64,000 nucleotides of DNA from Acidimicrobiia bacterium (GTDB lineage Bacteria; Actinomycetota; Acidimicrobiia; Spongiisociales; ZC4RG35), in the NCBI GenBank assembly GCA_041751055.1, contig JBGSYD010000015.1, positions 122,018-186,017 on the forward strand. The letters run 5' to 3'. Positions 1 through 9,818 of the stretch are shown piece by piece. The first letter of the stretch is position 1. Each line of letters starts with the position of its first letter. The translations under genes and the position numbers were made by a program. The notes under the pieces are model-generated. The model worked only from the letters and a program-made list of their open reading frames with translations. It was not told where the DNA came from and did not search any database.

Positions 1-221
1 ATGATGATCCCGAGAGTCGAACCGAGCAGTGACGCTGCGATCAAAGGTAAGCCAATCGAACGGACGGCCGCCGAAACCGGGCTGTGGTCAGCTGAGAGGT
101 CTGTACTCACTGACGCAACAGACTAAACGAAACAACTCGCGATTACAGCTAGATACAACTCTGTCAGGTATTCGACAAAGTTAAGCGGTAGGGGAATCCG
201 GATGATGCAATACGGTTGTAG

Positions 222-1562
222 ATGATGATGTGGAAGAAATACCTCGGCGCCGGCTTCGTCATCGCTTTGGCGGCTACCGCATGTGGCGGCAACGAGGTGG
301 CTGAAACCACGAACGGGTCGAATCCCGTTGCAACCACAGCACCCGTCGATCCTGCTCCCACAACGCCGTCGACCGGTTTCGACAACCAGGAGATACCGTC
401 CCAGCTCGAAAGTGTGACTGCGGCATGGGAAACCGACTTTTCCAAGGCTGTTGTCGACCTCGATGAGCTGCTGGTCGGTATTCCGATAGCCGACCCTCGT
501 GATGCCATCCCACCAATTGACTCGCCGGCATTCAAGAGTGTTGGCGAGAGCGAATGGATCAGCGATCGTGAACCGGGTGTGCTGATCGAGATCGAGGGGG
601 ACGCTCGCTTCTATCCCCTGTCGATAATGACCCGCCACGAAATCGTCAATGATGAAGTTGGCGGGATCCCGGTCGCCGTCACATATTGCCCGTTGTGCAA
701 TACCGCAGTGGCATTCGATCGCAGATTCAACGGGGCCGTGTTGCGACTTGGCGTATCGGGGTTGTTGCGGAATTCAGACCTGGTCATGTGGGACGGCGAC
801 ACCCAATCTCTCTGGCAGCAGGTGACCGGCGAAGCGATCGTCGGAACCCAGGCTGGCCAAAGGCTCACACCGATTCCTACGGCGATAGTCAGCTGGGGAG
901 ACTTTGCGGCTAATCACGGCGACGGCAGCGCTCTGTCAGACGACCAGGGTTTCGGGATTCCTTACGGACGGAACCCCTACGAGTTCTACTCATCCCGCAG
1001 CTCACCTTTCGCATTCTTCGACGGTGAGATCGACCCCAGATTTCCTGCGCTAGAGCGCGTCGTGGGGCTGACGATCGGCGAAACTTCCAAGGCCTACGGT
1101 TTCCCGGACCTCCAGGAAGCGCGGGTCGTGAACGACGTCGTGGACGGTGAGCCCATAGTGGTCTTGTGGGGCTCACCTGACACTGCCGACGGCCTGGACG
1201 CCTCAACAATTGCCGAAGCGAGGCCCGTGGGCACGGGCATTGCGTACTCCAGCGTCGTGGACGGCGCCACACTCACGTTCGAACCGGATGGGAATGACCA
1301 ATTCCGCGACACCGAAACCGGGACCACATGGAACATTCTCGGCGTGGCCATCGCGGGCGACCTTGCCGGTCAACGCCTCGATCTAGTCACACACCGCAAT
1401 GAATTCTGGTTTGCCTGGCATGCATTCTTTCCCGAGGCCGAAGTTTGGGAATCCTCGGCACAGGGACCAAGCGCGGCATCGGTGCCGGACCCAGCTGCGT
1501 TGACCGTCGAGATATCCGCCAAAGCGGCCGGCGCAATCTCAACAAAGCCTCTCAAGCGCTGA
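222..1562 (+). CDS. DUF3179-family lipoprotein (signal peptide with lipobox LAATAC, conserved YCPLCNT motif)
   Basis: 446-aa ORF; N-terminal MMMWKKYLGAGFVIALAATACGG is a lipoprotein signal; CPLC-containing core resembles DUF3179 proteins. Confidence 0.55.
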   Translation: MMMWKKYLGAGFVIALAATACGGNEVAETTNGSNPVATTAPVDPAPTTPSTGFDNQEIPSQLESVTAAWETDFSKAVVDLDELLVGIPIADPRDAIPPIDSPAFKSVGESEWISDREPGVLIEIEGDARFYPLSIMTRHEIVNDEVGGIPVAVTYCPLCNTAVAFDRRFNGAVLRLGVSGLLRNSDLVMWDGDTQSLWQQVTGEAIVGTQAGQRLTPIPTAIVSWGDFAANHGDGSALSDDQGFGIPYGRNPYEFYSSRSSPFAFFDGEIDPRFPALERVVGLTIGETSKAYGFPDLQEARVVNDVVDGEPIVVLWGSPDTADGLDASTIAEARPVGTGIAYSSVVDGATLTFEPDGNDQFRDTETGTTWNILGVAIAGDLAGQRLDLVTHRNEFWFAWHAFFPEAEVWESSAQGPSAASVPDPAALTVEISAKAAGAISTKPLKR

Positions 1563-1566
1563 GTCT

Positions 1567-2430
1567 TCAGAAAGTGTCACAGCTTCCTGGGTCACCGGTG
1601 TCAAAGCCGCGCTTCAGCCACTCGTAGCGTTGTTCGGAGCTTCCGTGTGTCCAGGATTCAGGATTGACCTGACCCGTCGTTTGCTGCTGGATGGCGTCGT
1701 CGCCAACCGCCGAAGCGGCCGTCAGAGCTTCCTGGAGGTCATTGTCCTGAAGGATCGCTGCCGACGTCCCATCGCGGAGCGTGGACAACCAGACGCCGGC
1801 GAAGCAGTCGGCTTGCAGCTCGAGGGCAATGCTGACATCCTTGGCGCGACCGGGATCGTTGGTACGGATTCGATCGACCTCCGCCATCACCCCGATTTGG
1901 TTCTGAACATGATGAGCAACTTCGTGGGCGAGGATGTATGCCTGGGCCGTGTCACCAGCGGCTCCGAACTGAGCCTGTAGTTGCTGCAGGAAGTCCAGGT
2001 CCATGTAGACCTGTTCGTCGGCCGGGCAGTAGTGGGGACCAGACTGAGCCTGGGCACCCCCACACCCCGATTGGGTTACCCCATTGAAAATCACGAGATC
2101 TGTCTCTCGATACGTCAGGTCGCTGTCGTTGAAGATCCCAACCCACATGCCCTGGCTATCCGCAAGCACGTCCCCGAGAAAATCAACCAGGTCTGCATCG
2201 GGGTCGTTGGCCGGATCGATCGGGCTTGCGCCCTGGTTTCTCGCAGCTGGAGCCAGGGAATCGACCAGACCTCCGAGGTCCCCGCCGCCACCCAGCAGAG
2301 TGATGATCAGAAAGGCGATGAGAGCAATGCCACCTCCGCCGGCGCCCATCTTCAACAGACCACCGGACCCACCCCCACGACGATCGATGACGTCGCCCGG
2401 ACCGGTTGGACTTCTTTTGAACCTGACCAT
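1567..2430 (-). CDS. YpfJ-family neutral zinc metallopeptidase (Zn_peptidase_2)
   Basis: 287 aa; Gly-rich N-terminal TM segment followed by HEVAHHVQ (HExxH) zinc-binding motif typical of the YpfJ/KPN_02809 family. Confidence 0.7.
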   Translation of the reverse strand: MVRFKRSPTGPGDVIDRRGGGSGGLLKMGAGGGGIALIAFLIITLLGGGGDLGGLVDSLAPAARNQGASPIDPANDPDADLVDFLGDVLADSQGMWVGIFNDSDLTYRETDLVIFNGVTQSGCGGAQAQSGPHYCPADEQVYMDLDFLQQLQAQFGAAGDTAQAYILAHEVAHHVQNQIGVMAEVDRIRTNDPGRAKDVSIALELQADCFAGVWLSTLRDGTSAAILQDNDLQEALTAASAVGDDAIQQQTTGQVNPESWTHGSSEQRYEWLKRGFDTGDPGSCDTF

Positions 2431-2494
2431 GGATCTCCCTTTGCCCGCAATTACGAGAGCGCAAACCTACCGCTGGTGGCGGCGCTGGCAAGAA

Positions 2495-2749
2495 TCACGC
2501 CAGTATCAGGGTTCCTACAGTCCACAATGTGAATAGCCCGATCGAATACAAAAGGACCGGCCCGGTCCGCCTCCAGTTGAGAAGGGTCCAAAACGCTGCC
2601 ACCAACAAAATCGATGCGGTGACAATCGTCCACCAGATGGGAACTAATCCCGCAGCTGCGGCACCGACGATGAGGACGCCGACAATCACCAGAAAACCAC
2701 CGGCCACCAGGGCATAGAGCACCTGGCGCGGCGTCGTTTCCTCGCTCAC
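2495..2749 (-). CDS. small integral membrane protein, two TM helices
   Basis: ORF track gives 2495..2848; that start would overlap mug by about 100 nt. An in-frame GTG at 2749-2747 forms a GTGA overlap with the mug stop and sits just before the hydrophobic segments, so it is the more plausible start. Confidence 0.35.
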   Translation of the reverse strand: MSEETTPRQVLYALVAGGFLVIVGVLIVGAAAAGLVPIWWTIVTASILLVAAFWTLLNWRRTGPVLLYSIGLFTLWTVGTLILA

Positions 2750-3306
2750 AACACTCCCGCTTCCCGGGCCACGAGAGAAAACCAGTCGGCCAGCCCGTCG
2801 ATCGTTACGTGGGCGTTGAGACCACTGGGGTTGGGCAGAACCCACCATCCCGCATTTGGACCCGACTTCTGTTCGCCGATCTGCGCTTTTGGTGCACTGA
2901 ACGCGGTCCGATAAGCGGTTACTCCGGCCACGGCAACCACCCGGGGTGAGAGGTCGTCTACGAACCGTCTCAACCGCGTACCGCCGTCGATCAGCTCCTC
3001 ACGAGACAACTCACTCGCCCGAACCGTGGCGCGTTGCACGAGGTTCGAGATCCCCATACCGCGACTTGTGAAAAGGGTTCTTTGCTCAGCGGTCATGCCG
3101 AGATCGGTGTCGACCTTGAAGTCGATGAGCCCGGAGGCGCGAAGCGCCGGGTAGAAACGGTTGGAGGGATGACAGAAATGAGTCTGGGTGGCGGCCGTCC
3201 ACAAGCCCGGGTTGATTCCTACAAACAGCAGGCTGCATCCAGGCCCGATCAAATCGGGAACGGTGACCAGGAGGAACGCCTCGAGTTGAGCTTTGGTGTA
3301 CCCCAC
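2746..3306 (-). CDS. mug: G/U mismatch-specific uracil-DNA glycosylase (Mug/TDG, UDG family 2)
   Basis: 186 aa; LLFVGINPGLWTAA...HF..NRFYPAL matches the Mug active-site region. Confidence 0.7.
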   Translation of the reverse strand: MGYTKAQLEAFLLVTVPDLIGPGCSLLFVGINPGLWTAATQTHFCHPSNRFYPALRASGLIDFKVDTDLGMTAEQRTLFTSRGMGISNLVQRATVRASELSREELIDGGTRLRRFVDDLSPRVVAVAGVTAYRTAFSAPKAQIGEQKSGPNAGWWVLPNPSGLNAHVTIDGLADWFSLVAREAGVL

Positions 3307-3344
3307 CAGGCCAGGCTAGGCAATCCTGGCCTGCTCAGAAACTG

Positions 3345-3848
3345 TCACCCAACCCCGTAGATGAGAGTGACACTCACTCCTTCGGGAGTCTCGGAAACGA
3401 CCAATGACACTCCGGCGTCTCCTGACTGGAGAATCCAAGTTGTCGAAGGTGGCGCCCCTGACTCGATCTTCTGGGTCTCATCGAATCCACCCGAAGCGAT
3501 CTCACTTTCGAAAAAGGAGACCACGGATGCGTAATCGTCATTGGAGTACAGCAGACTGACTTGACTTCCAGCCCCCTCCATCGAGACAACTGCAAGCACC
3601 TCTCCGCCTGTCGGAAGATCCATGGGCAAATCATCCGGCAGGTCCCCGCCGCCGAACGTCATTGAGCCGGTCTCACCGTCTTCACCCTCAAAGTCGAGAG
3701 ACACAGTCCCACCATTTTCGGAGATGTCCACATCGTCCAACCCGTCCTGGCCTTCGAGGATGTTCTCGGCAATGCCACCGCCGGAACATGCTCCCATCAG
3801 AAGAGCAAGAACAAGTACAACGGCAAATCGGCACCGTTTCATACCCAC
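3345..3848 (-). CDS. hypothetical lipoprotein
   Basis: 167 aa; signal peptide with lipobox LMGAC; acidic Gly/Asp-rich mature part; no recognisable domain. Confidence 0.4.
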   Translation of the reverse strand: MGMKRCRFAVVLVLALLMGACSGGGIAENILEGQDGLDDVDISENGGTVSLDFEGEDGETGSMTFGGGDLPDDLPMDLPTGGEVLAVVSMEGAGSQVSLLYSNDDYASVVSFFESEIASGGFDETQKIESGAPPSTTWILQSGDAGVSLVVSETPEGVSVTLIYGVG

Positions 3849-3909
3849 CCCTATTCACTAGTTGGCCTGAATCTAGATTCGGCCATATGCGACGTGCCGC
3901 TGTTTCTAG

Positions 3910-4530
3910 CTACTTCTTTTGGCTCTGGTAATAGGGGTCGTCACCCGATGCGTGGTCGGTGACGTCGACCACCTGAGAGAGGTCGGGGATGGCTTCCAAC
4001 ATGATGCGCTCGATGCCCTGTTTCAAGGTGACCTGGGCCAAACCGCAACCCTGACATCCGCCGAAGAGCCGCAAATAGGCGATGGTCCCATCAACCGAGA
4101 CCAACTCGGCCCCACCTCCATGGGAGGCAATCGCCGGATTGACCTGCTGTTCGATGACCTGTTGGATCCGTTCGACTAGCGGCCCTTCGAGATTCCCGGC
4201 CGGAGCCGACATTGCGGGGGGCGCCGGTGAGTTCGGGTTATTCATGACCAATCCCTGGTCTGTCATCTCGAGCGCCGCGCCTTCCAGTTTTTCAATGTCT
4301 TCCTTCGGGAAGATGACGGCGAGATCGTCATGGCGCTCCTCGACCCAGCCTTCTTTCATGTCGGCGAGTGCGACAAAGGCCAGCTCATAGGAGAACTGTG
4401 GCCCGCGGAACCCCGTCACCTCGACGGACAGTGCAAACTCACCGTCGCCGGGTTCTTGGTCCCGTAGTTGGCGAATCATGTCCAGGGCGTCGGACGCGAT
4501 GATCAGGACTTTGGAATCAGACATCAACAC
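3910..4530 (-). CDS. nfuA: NfuA-like Fe-S cluster carrier (A-type-like N domain plus Nfu C domain)
   Basis: 206 aa; C-terminal GGCQGCG (CxxC) Nfu motif and overall layout alignable to E. coli NfuA. Confidence 0.65.
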   Translation of the reverse strand: MLMSDSKVLIIASDALDMIRQLRDQEPGDGEFALSVEVTGFRGPQFSYELAFVALADMKEGWVEERHDDLAVIFPKEDIEKLEGAALEMTDQGLVMNNPNSPAPPAMSAPAGNLEGPLVERIQQVIEQQVNPAIASHGGGAELVSVDGTIAYLRLFGGCQGCGLAQVTLKQGIERIMLEAIPDLSQVVDVTDHASGDDPYYQSQKK

Positions 4531-4560
4531 AGATTGTAGTGGCTCTTAAAGTCAAGACCG

Positions 4561-5772
4561 ATGCCCACCGTCGTCGTGATCCTTCCAACCCAAACCTATC
4601 GGGCCACAGACTTCGTCCGCGCCGCAGAGGCCCTGGGGGTAGACCTCATTGTGGCGTCCGAGGCACCGCCTCCGATCGACATGGGAGATCGATACCTCCA
4701 GATCGACTGTACCGACCCATATCTGGCAGCCTCCAAGGTGGTCGAACTTGGCGATCGAGTCGCGATCGACGGGGTCGTGGCAGCCGACGATGCCGGTGTG
4801 ATCGTTGCTGCGATTGCCGGTGAGAAACTCGGTCTTCTGGCCAATTCACCTGAGGCAGCCATGGCTACCAGAGACAAACTGGTGCAACGCTCCCGTCTGC
4901 TGGCCAGCGAGGTCCCCCAGCCCGATTTTGCACCAATACTCATCGACGAGGATCCCGACAACACGGCCGCTGCCATCGGCTTTCCGTTGGTCATCAAGCC
5001 TTTGAACCGCTCGGCGAGCCAGGGCGTTATCCGCGTCGACAGCGCCGAAGAACTCTCAGGGGCTGTGGCGCGAGTGCGCGAAATCGTGTCCCGCGTCGAC
5101 GCCGGTGTCGACACTCTCCTGATCGAGACCTTCATCCCGGGCGAGGAAGTGGCGGTCGAGGGAATCATCGGAAAAGGCGGTCTGACCCCGCTGGCAATCT
5201 TCGACAAGCCGGCACCCGTCGACGGGCCGGGCTTTCAGGAGACAATTCTCGTAACCCCGTCGCGCCACAGCACCGAGATCCAGGATGAATGCCACAGGGT
5301 GGCATCAGCCGCAGTCGATGCCCTGGGCCTCCGCCACGGAGCTGTCCACATCGAACTGATGATCAGGGGTGATCAGGTGCACGTCATCGAGGTTGCCGCC
5401 CGCTCCATCGGCGGACTGTGCTCCCGAAGCCTCAGCTTCGGATTGATGGACACCACCCTGGAATCGCTCATCCTCCGAAACGCCCTCGGTCTTGACAAAC
5501 CAGAGCTCCGACGGGACCACTCTGCCAGTGGAGTCCTCATGATCCCGATCCCGGCGGCGGGCAAGCTGATAGCAGTCGAGAACATCCCCGATGTTCGGAA
5601 GTTGCCAGGGGTTACCGGCGTCGACATCACTATCAAGCCCGGCGAGGTGATCGCCCCACCACCTGAAGGCGCTCGCTATCTGGGATTCGTCTTCGCCAGA
5701 GGGGCCACGCCGGTCGAGGTCGAGAGTACGCTGAGATCGGCAATGGCCACGATCCACGTGTCAATCGCTTGA
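4561..5772 (+). CDS. ATP-grasp domain protein (carboxylate-amine ligase-like)
   Basis: 403 aa; central ATP-grasp fold signature (Gly-rich loop, EEVAVEG region, HVIEV motif); substrate unknown. Confidence 0.5.
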   Translation: MPTVVVILPTQTYRATDFVRAAEALGVDLIVASEAPPPIDMGDRYLQIDCTDPYLAASKVVELGDRVAIDGVVAADDAGVIVAAIAGEKLGLLANSPEAAMATRDKLVQRSRLLASEVPQPDFAPILIDEDPDNTAAAIGFPLVIKPLNRSASQGVIRVDSAEELSGAVARVREIVSRVDAGVDTLLIETFIPGEEVAVEGIIGKGGLTPLAIFDKPAPVDGPGFQETILVTPSRHSTEIQDECHRVASAAVDALGLRHGAVHIELMIRGDQVHVIEVAARSIGGLCSRSLSFGLMDTTLESLILRNALGLDKPELRRDHSASGVLMIPIPAAGKLIAVENIPDVRKLPGVTGVDITIKPGEVIAPPPEGARYLGFVFARGATPVEVESTLRSAMATIHVSIA

Positions 5773-5894
5773 GACTTATCCACAGCTCCGAACTCCAGAA
5801 CAGGCCTGCTTTGCCTGGGTTTTCCACCCTAAAGCTCAAGTTGAAGGTTAATTCTTACCCGCGTGATTGCGCGTAAGACGATTTTGTCATTCAC

Positions 5895-6518
5895 ATGACC
5901 ACAGTGATCATCTTTGCCGGCGGCGACGAAGTGCCACCGCGTCTCCTCGACGAGTTGCCCGACCCGGACTATCTGATAGCCGCGGACAGCGGATTGCTCA
6001 GCGCTCTTGACCTTGGATTTCACGCCGACGTGTTGGTCGGCGACCTCGATTCACTCCCCCACGAGCTGATTCCGCAAGGTCTCGAGGTGATACGCCACCC
6101 CGAGGACAAAGACGCCACCGACCTCGAGCTGGCTTTCGAATTGGCGCTACGGCGTGACCCGCAACGAATCGTTCTCGTCGGAGCCGAAGGCGGGAGGCTC
6201 GATCATGAGCTGGGAGCGGTCGCAGTGGTCTGTTCCGACCGGTGGTCAAGCGTTCCGGAAATCGACTGGGTGCGGGTAGATGCGACGTGTTCGGTTGTTC
6301 GCAGCATGCGGCGGTTACAAGGTGACCGGGGCTCTTTGGTCAGCCTGCTTGCTGTGGGCGGCGACGCACTGGGCGTAACCACGGGCGGCCTGAAATGGCC
6401 GTTGGTCGGAGAAACGCTGTACTACGGCTCCAGTCGTGGAATGAGCAACCGCATTGTCAAGCCGGAATTCACCGTCAGTGTGGAGGCCGGAACCCTGTTG
6501 GCGATTCTCGCCTACTGA
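5895..6518 (+). CDS. thiN: thiamine pyrophosphokinase (TPK, eukaryote/Bacillus ThiN type)
   Basis: 207 aa; alignable with B. subtilis YloS/ThiN: IFAGG...ADSG...GDLDS...DKDATDLELA...GAEGGRLDH. Confidence 0.6.
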   Translation: MTTVIIFAGGDEVPPRLLDELPDPDYLIAADSGLLSALDLGFHADVLVGDLDSLPHELIPQGLEVIRHPEDKDATDLELAFELALRRDPQRIVLVGAEGGRLDHELGAVAVVCSDRWSSVPEIDWVRVDATCSVVRSMRRLQGDRGSLVSLLAVGGDALGVTTGGLKWPLVGETLYYGSSRGMSNRIVKPEFTVSVEAGTLLAILAY

Positions 6519-8101
6519 ACAAGACCGGCCGCAACCGAGCCATCCATTGCCGGATAACCGGCGAGGTAGGCGGCGCGCTCACTCTGCAGACGTTCGACGG
6601 TTCTTTTGTAGTCTGCAAACCGATTGAGACGCTCATAAAGTCGTCTCGGCTGCAACAACTCGATGTCTTGGACACCCGGAACCGATGCGGCGATCTGATA
6701 CCCGAAGTCCAGATCTTTGGCCCATGTGATAGTCCCTTCGACGATCCCCTGGACAATTGCGGATGAATCCTGGATCCGAACCTTTTTGGACCGATCTCCA
6801 TCGCCACCGACACGCCCGGTGTTCAAGACGTACGCCTCCAGGTCGGGCATGGTTTCGATCAATGCGAGGAGGCGATTCCCTTGCATGGAGTCATCGTTGA
6901 AGAAAAACGGGTTCGTTCCAGGCACCCGAAGGCTTTTTCCCGCTTCGGCTGCGCCACCGGCTGACGTGCCTTTGGTCTCTCCCAACATGAAATACGCAGC
7001 TATCTGGGACCTCTCCAGCTTCGCGACCGCAGGGATGATGTGATCGGAGCGGTTGAGGATCAGCAGATAGCTCGCCTTGGGGACCGCCATCGGGTCGCGA
7101 TGGCGAATGTTGGCCATCGGGAACGTCGAACGCCCGTTGGCGGTATACGAGGTGTCGAAGAAATCTACTTTCCCGGTATCGTCAACCGCCACATTCTCCA
7201 ACCAGGCATCGGGGCGTGTGGTCCCTCCATACACGGTGGGCTCATCCTCGGGATCAAGACCGAAAGTCTTGGCAAAACAGCCTGCTTCGCTGGTTCGCAC
7301 CGCACCTCCGGGCATCAAAGCAACGAAGTCGTCCTGCACCGGCAGTGAGTCGGCTTGTTGGCGAAATGTCGTGGTTGTCTTACCTGTACCCGACAAGCCA
7401 ATAATCAGCATTGACTCCTCGTTTCCGCTTCTCGTCGACGAACCCGGGAACGTCTTGAGTCCCGCATGAAGTGCCAGGCCGCCGCGGTCATAGACGAGCT
7501 TGTTCCACATTCGAAGGCCACCCATCTTGGACTCTCCGAAGTAGTCCGATCCGAACACTCGGGTCGTCCACGTCTCGAGATCGACGATTATGAGCCGGTC
7601 ATCCGGTTTGCCCGCAGCTGGCAGTCCCGGGGTGTAGATGACGGTGAACTCGGCTTCCCAATCCGCATCTTTGGGGAAATACAAATGCGACTGCATGCCG
7701 GCGATGTTCGGTTGATTGGCCTCGATGAACATCTGACATCCCGTTCGAAAGTCGGGATCGGGCCCGATGTAACCCTCGATGACAATCAAGTCCTTGTCGG
7801 ATAGGTATTCGTCCTGGATCCGACTCCAATGCTCGGCCTCAGACCGGGAGATGGCGTTCTGCTTGATGTCCTCGTCTGATACGAAGAAGGTGGAGTTCTT
7901 GAGACGAGCCGTGACCTGGGCCTTGTAGTTGAGATTTCCGAATTCGGTAACGGTGACCCGGGGCATGACTTCTTGGGCGAGCTCACGGAGTCGCTCATGA
8001 CCTGGGGATTGTTCGATAGATCGCGCCGAAGGAGTCTGTGACATCGATTTGGTCTCCGTACCTGTGACTTGAAGATTTGAGAGTAACCGTGCCGCGATCA
8101 C
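6512..8101 (-). CDS. pckA: phosphoenolpyruvate carboxykinase (ATP)
   Basis: 529 aa; kinase-1a P-loop LIIGLSGTGKTTTT and overall ATP-PEPCK architecture. Confidence 0.85.
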   Translation of the reverse strand: MIAARLLSNLQVTGTETKSMSQTPSARSIEQSPGHERLRELAQEVMPRVTVTEFGNLNYKAQVTARLKNSTFFVSDEDIKQNAISRSEAEHWSRIQDEYLSDKDLIVIEGYIGPDPDFRTGCQMFIEANQPNIAGMQSHLYFPKDADWEAEFTVIYTPGLPAAGKPDDRLIIVDLETWTTRVFGSDYFGESKMGGLRMWNKLVYDRGGLALHAGLKTFPGSSTRSGNEESMLIIGLSGTGKTTTTFRQQADSLPVQDDFVALMPGGAVRTSEAGCFAKTFGLDPEDEPTVYGGTTRPDAWLENVAVDDTGKVDFFDTSYTANGRSTFPMANIRHRDPMAVPKASYLLILNRSDHIIPAVAKLERSQIAAYFMLGETKGTSAGGAAEAGKSLRVPGTNPFFFNDDSMQGNRLLALIETMPDLEAYVLNTGRVGGDGDRSKKVRIQDSSAIVQGIVEGTITWAKDLDFGYQIAASVPGVQDIELLQPRRLYERLNRFADYKRTVERLQSERAAYLAGYPAMDGSVAAGLVQ

Positions 8102-8111
8102 TAGCGAGTGG

Positions 8112-8942
8112 ATGAATTGTTTACCTCAATGGCCACTGAGTCAGGGTCGATATCATCTGATAATGGATCAGCTGCTGCGCGTCATCACTATTGCGGTCCT
8201 CGTCGGCGCGTGTGGCCAGGCAGCAGCGGTGCCGGACACAGTGCCACCGGTTCCAACCAGCACAGAAACCGGTGCTCCACCGGCGGCACCGCAAACCGTT
8301 CCAATGGTATTTCGAGGATTGCAGGCCGATGTCCTACCCGAAGGCATGACGCTGGTGGCCCTGGTCAAGGGTGAGACCACTGTCTATTCGGAACCGGATG
8401 GAACGGAGGTAATAGCCACGATTCCGGCCCAAACGATCGTCGGTACCGACAGTGTCCTGACCATCCTCGAGGGTCCCGTCGACGGTTGGTTGCGGGTGAT
8501 GTTGCCGATTCGACCCAACGGATCCGAAGGCTGGATCCGTGCCGAGACAGCTGACCTCTTCGTCGTGGAGTCGAGGATCGTCGTCGACCTGTCTGACCGG
8601 GAGCTGACCATCTATCGCGGAGACAAAGTGGTCTTGACGTCACCGGTCGCCATCGGCACCTCACGCAACCCGACTCCGACTGGCCACTTTTTCGTGACGG
8701 ACAGTGTGACGCTCACCGACACGTCGAGCGCATGGGGGCCCAATGCACTCGGTCTTTCAGCGCGGAGCGACACCATCACTGAATACAGGGGAGGCGATGG
8801 AATCGTCGGCATCCACGGCACCAACCGCCCCGGGTCGATAGGTCAGGCAGCATCGCTGGGATGCGTCCGCCTGCCCAATGATGTCATCACCGAGGTTCAC
8901 AGACTCATCCCGATCGGAACACCGGTGACCATCCAGCCCTGA
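8112..8942 (+). CDS. L,D-transpeptidase (YkuD domain) lipoprotein
   Basis: 276 aa; lipobox LVGAC; C-terminal HGTN...SLGCVRL catalytic motif of YkuD L,D-transpeptidases. Confidence 0.7.
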   Translation: MNCLPQWPLSQGRYHLIMDQLLRVITIAVLVGACGQAAAVPDTVPPVPTSTETGAPPAAPQTVPMVFRGLQADVLPEGMTLVALVKGETTVYSEPDGTEVIATIPAQTIVGTDSVLTILEGPVDGWLRVMLPIRPNGSEGWIRAETADLFVVESRIVVDLSDRELTIYRGDKVVLTSPVAIGTSRNPTPTGHFFVTDSVTLTDTSSAWGPNALGLSARSDTITEYRGGDGIVGIHGTNRPGSIGQAASLGCVRLPNDVITEVHRLIPIGTPVTIQP

Positions 8943-8957
8943 CGTGGCGAATGGTGA

Positions 8958-9815
8958 TCAGGACGACTCGACCCACCCGTTGGAAAGCACCGAATCGCCT
9001 CGGTCCGACGTGGTGGCCTCGAGCGCCAGTCCGCCGTCGGCCTTCCAGATCCGGGTAATCACAGTCTCTCCGGGGTAGACCACTCCCGAAAACCTGGCGT
9101 CGTACCTGGTGACCAACTCAGGCTGGTGGTCGAGGGCGGCATCGACCGTCGCCTTGAGGGCAATGCCATAGGTGCAAAGACCATGGAGGATGGGCCGTTC
9201 GAATCCGGCAAACATCGCAAAACCCGGATCGGCGTGGAGCGGGTTCAGGTCGCCGGACGACATCCTGTAGAGAAGTGCCTGCTGCGGCAAAGTCGGCGAC
9301 TCCACCACGAAGTCCGGTTCGCTATCGGGAATCCTGCTCACTGTCGGTGGGCCTCCTTCCCCGCCAAATCCCCCTTCACCTCGAACAAAAATGGAGGATC
9401 TGTTTGTGAACAGCGGCTGATCTGTCTTCTGGTCTACCGAGACGATCTCCATAACGATCAACGCCCCCTTACCTTTGTCATAGATCCCGGTCACCGAGCC
9501 CGACTGAGTAACAGAACCTGCCGTTGGAATCGGTCGATGGATCTCCACCATCTGCTCGCCGTGGAGTATCTGGCCGAGGTTCACATCGAGACCCTCGATC
9601 ATGCCCAAGCTCATCATCGTCTCAAAAGGCGGGATGGTCGCGAAACTCCCCAGGACATGCAGATCGCCTTCGTAGGCGTAACGGAGCTCATGTTCATCGG
9701 TGGGTGGAACTCCGGCGCCGATTCCGAGGTGGTAGAGAATGATGTCGCGGTCCGTCCACGTGTAAGACTTCTCAGGAAGTGCGGCCCCCAGGGCTTTGTC
9801 GATATCGATCGGCAT
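8958..9815 (-). CDS. MaoC-like (R)-specific enoyl-CoA hydratase, double hot-dog (hydratase-2 type)
   Basis: 285 aa; two hot-dog halves; 4 nt downstream of and co-oriented with the SDR gene, mirroring the domain order of MFE-2. Confidence 0.7.
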   Translation of the reverse strand: MPIDIDKALGAALPEKSYTWTDRDIILYHLGIGAGVPPTDEHELRYAYEGDLHVLGSFATIPPFETMMSLGMIEGLDVNLGQILHGEQMVEIHRPIPTAGSVTQSGSVTGIYDKGKGALIVMEIVSVDQKTDQPLFTNRSSIFVRGEGGFGGEGGPPTVSRIPDSEPDFVVESPTLPQQALLYRMSSGDLNPLHADPGFAMFAGFERPILHGLCTYGIALKATVDAALDHQPELVTRYDARFSGVVYPGETVITRIWKADGGLALEATTSDRGDSVLSNGWVESS

Positions 9816-9818
9816 GAA

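Noticed and set aside
1-40. tRNA-like T-loop motif (reverse complement GGTTCGACTCTCGGG) at the very start of the window
   Set aside because: Could not build complementary T-stem or acceptor arms from the visible sequence; likely coincidence or a tRNA mostly outside the window
5773-5894. Possible TPP riboswitch upstream of thiamine pyrophosphokinase
   Set aside because: No conserved TPP aptamer motifs found by eye
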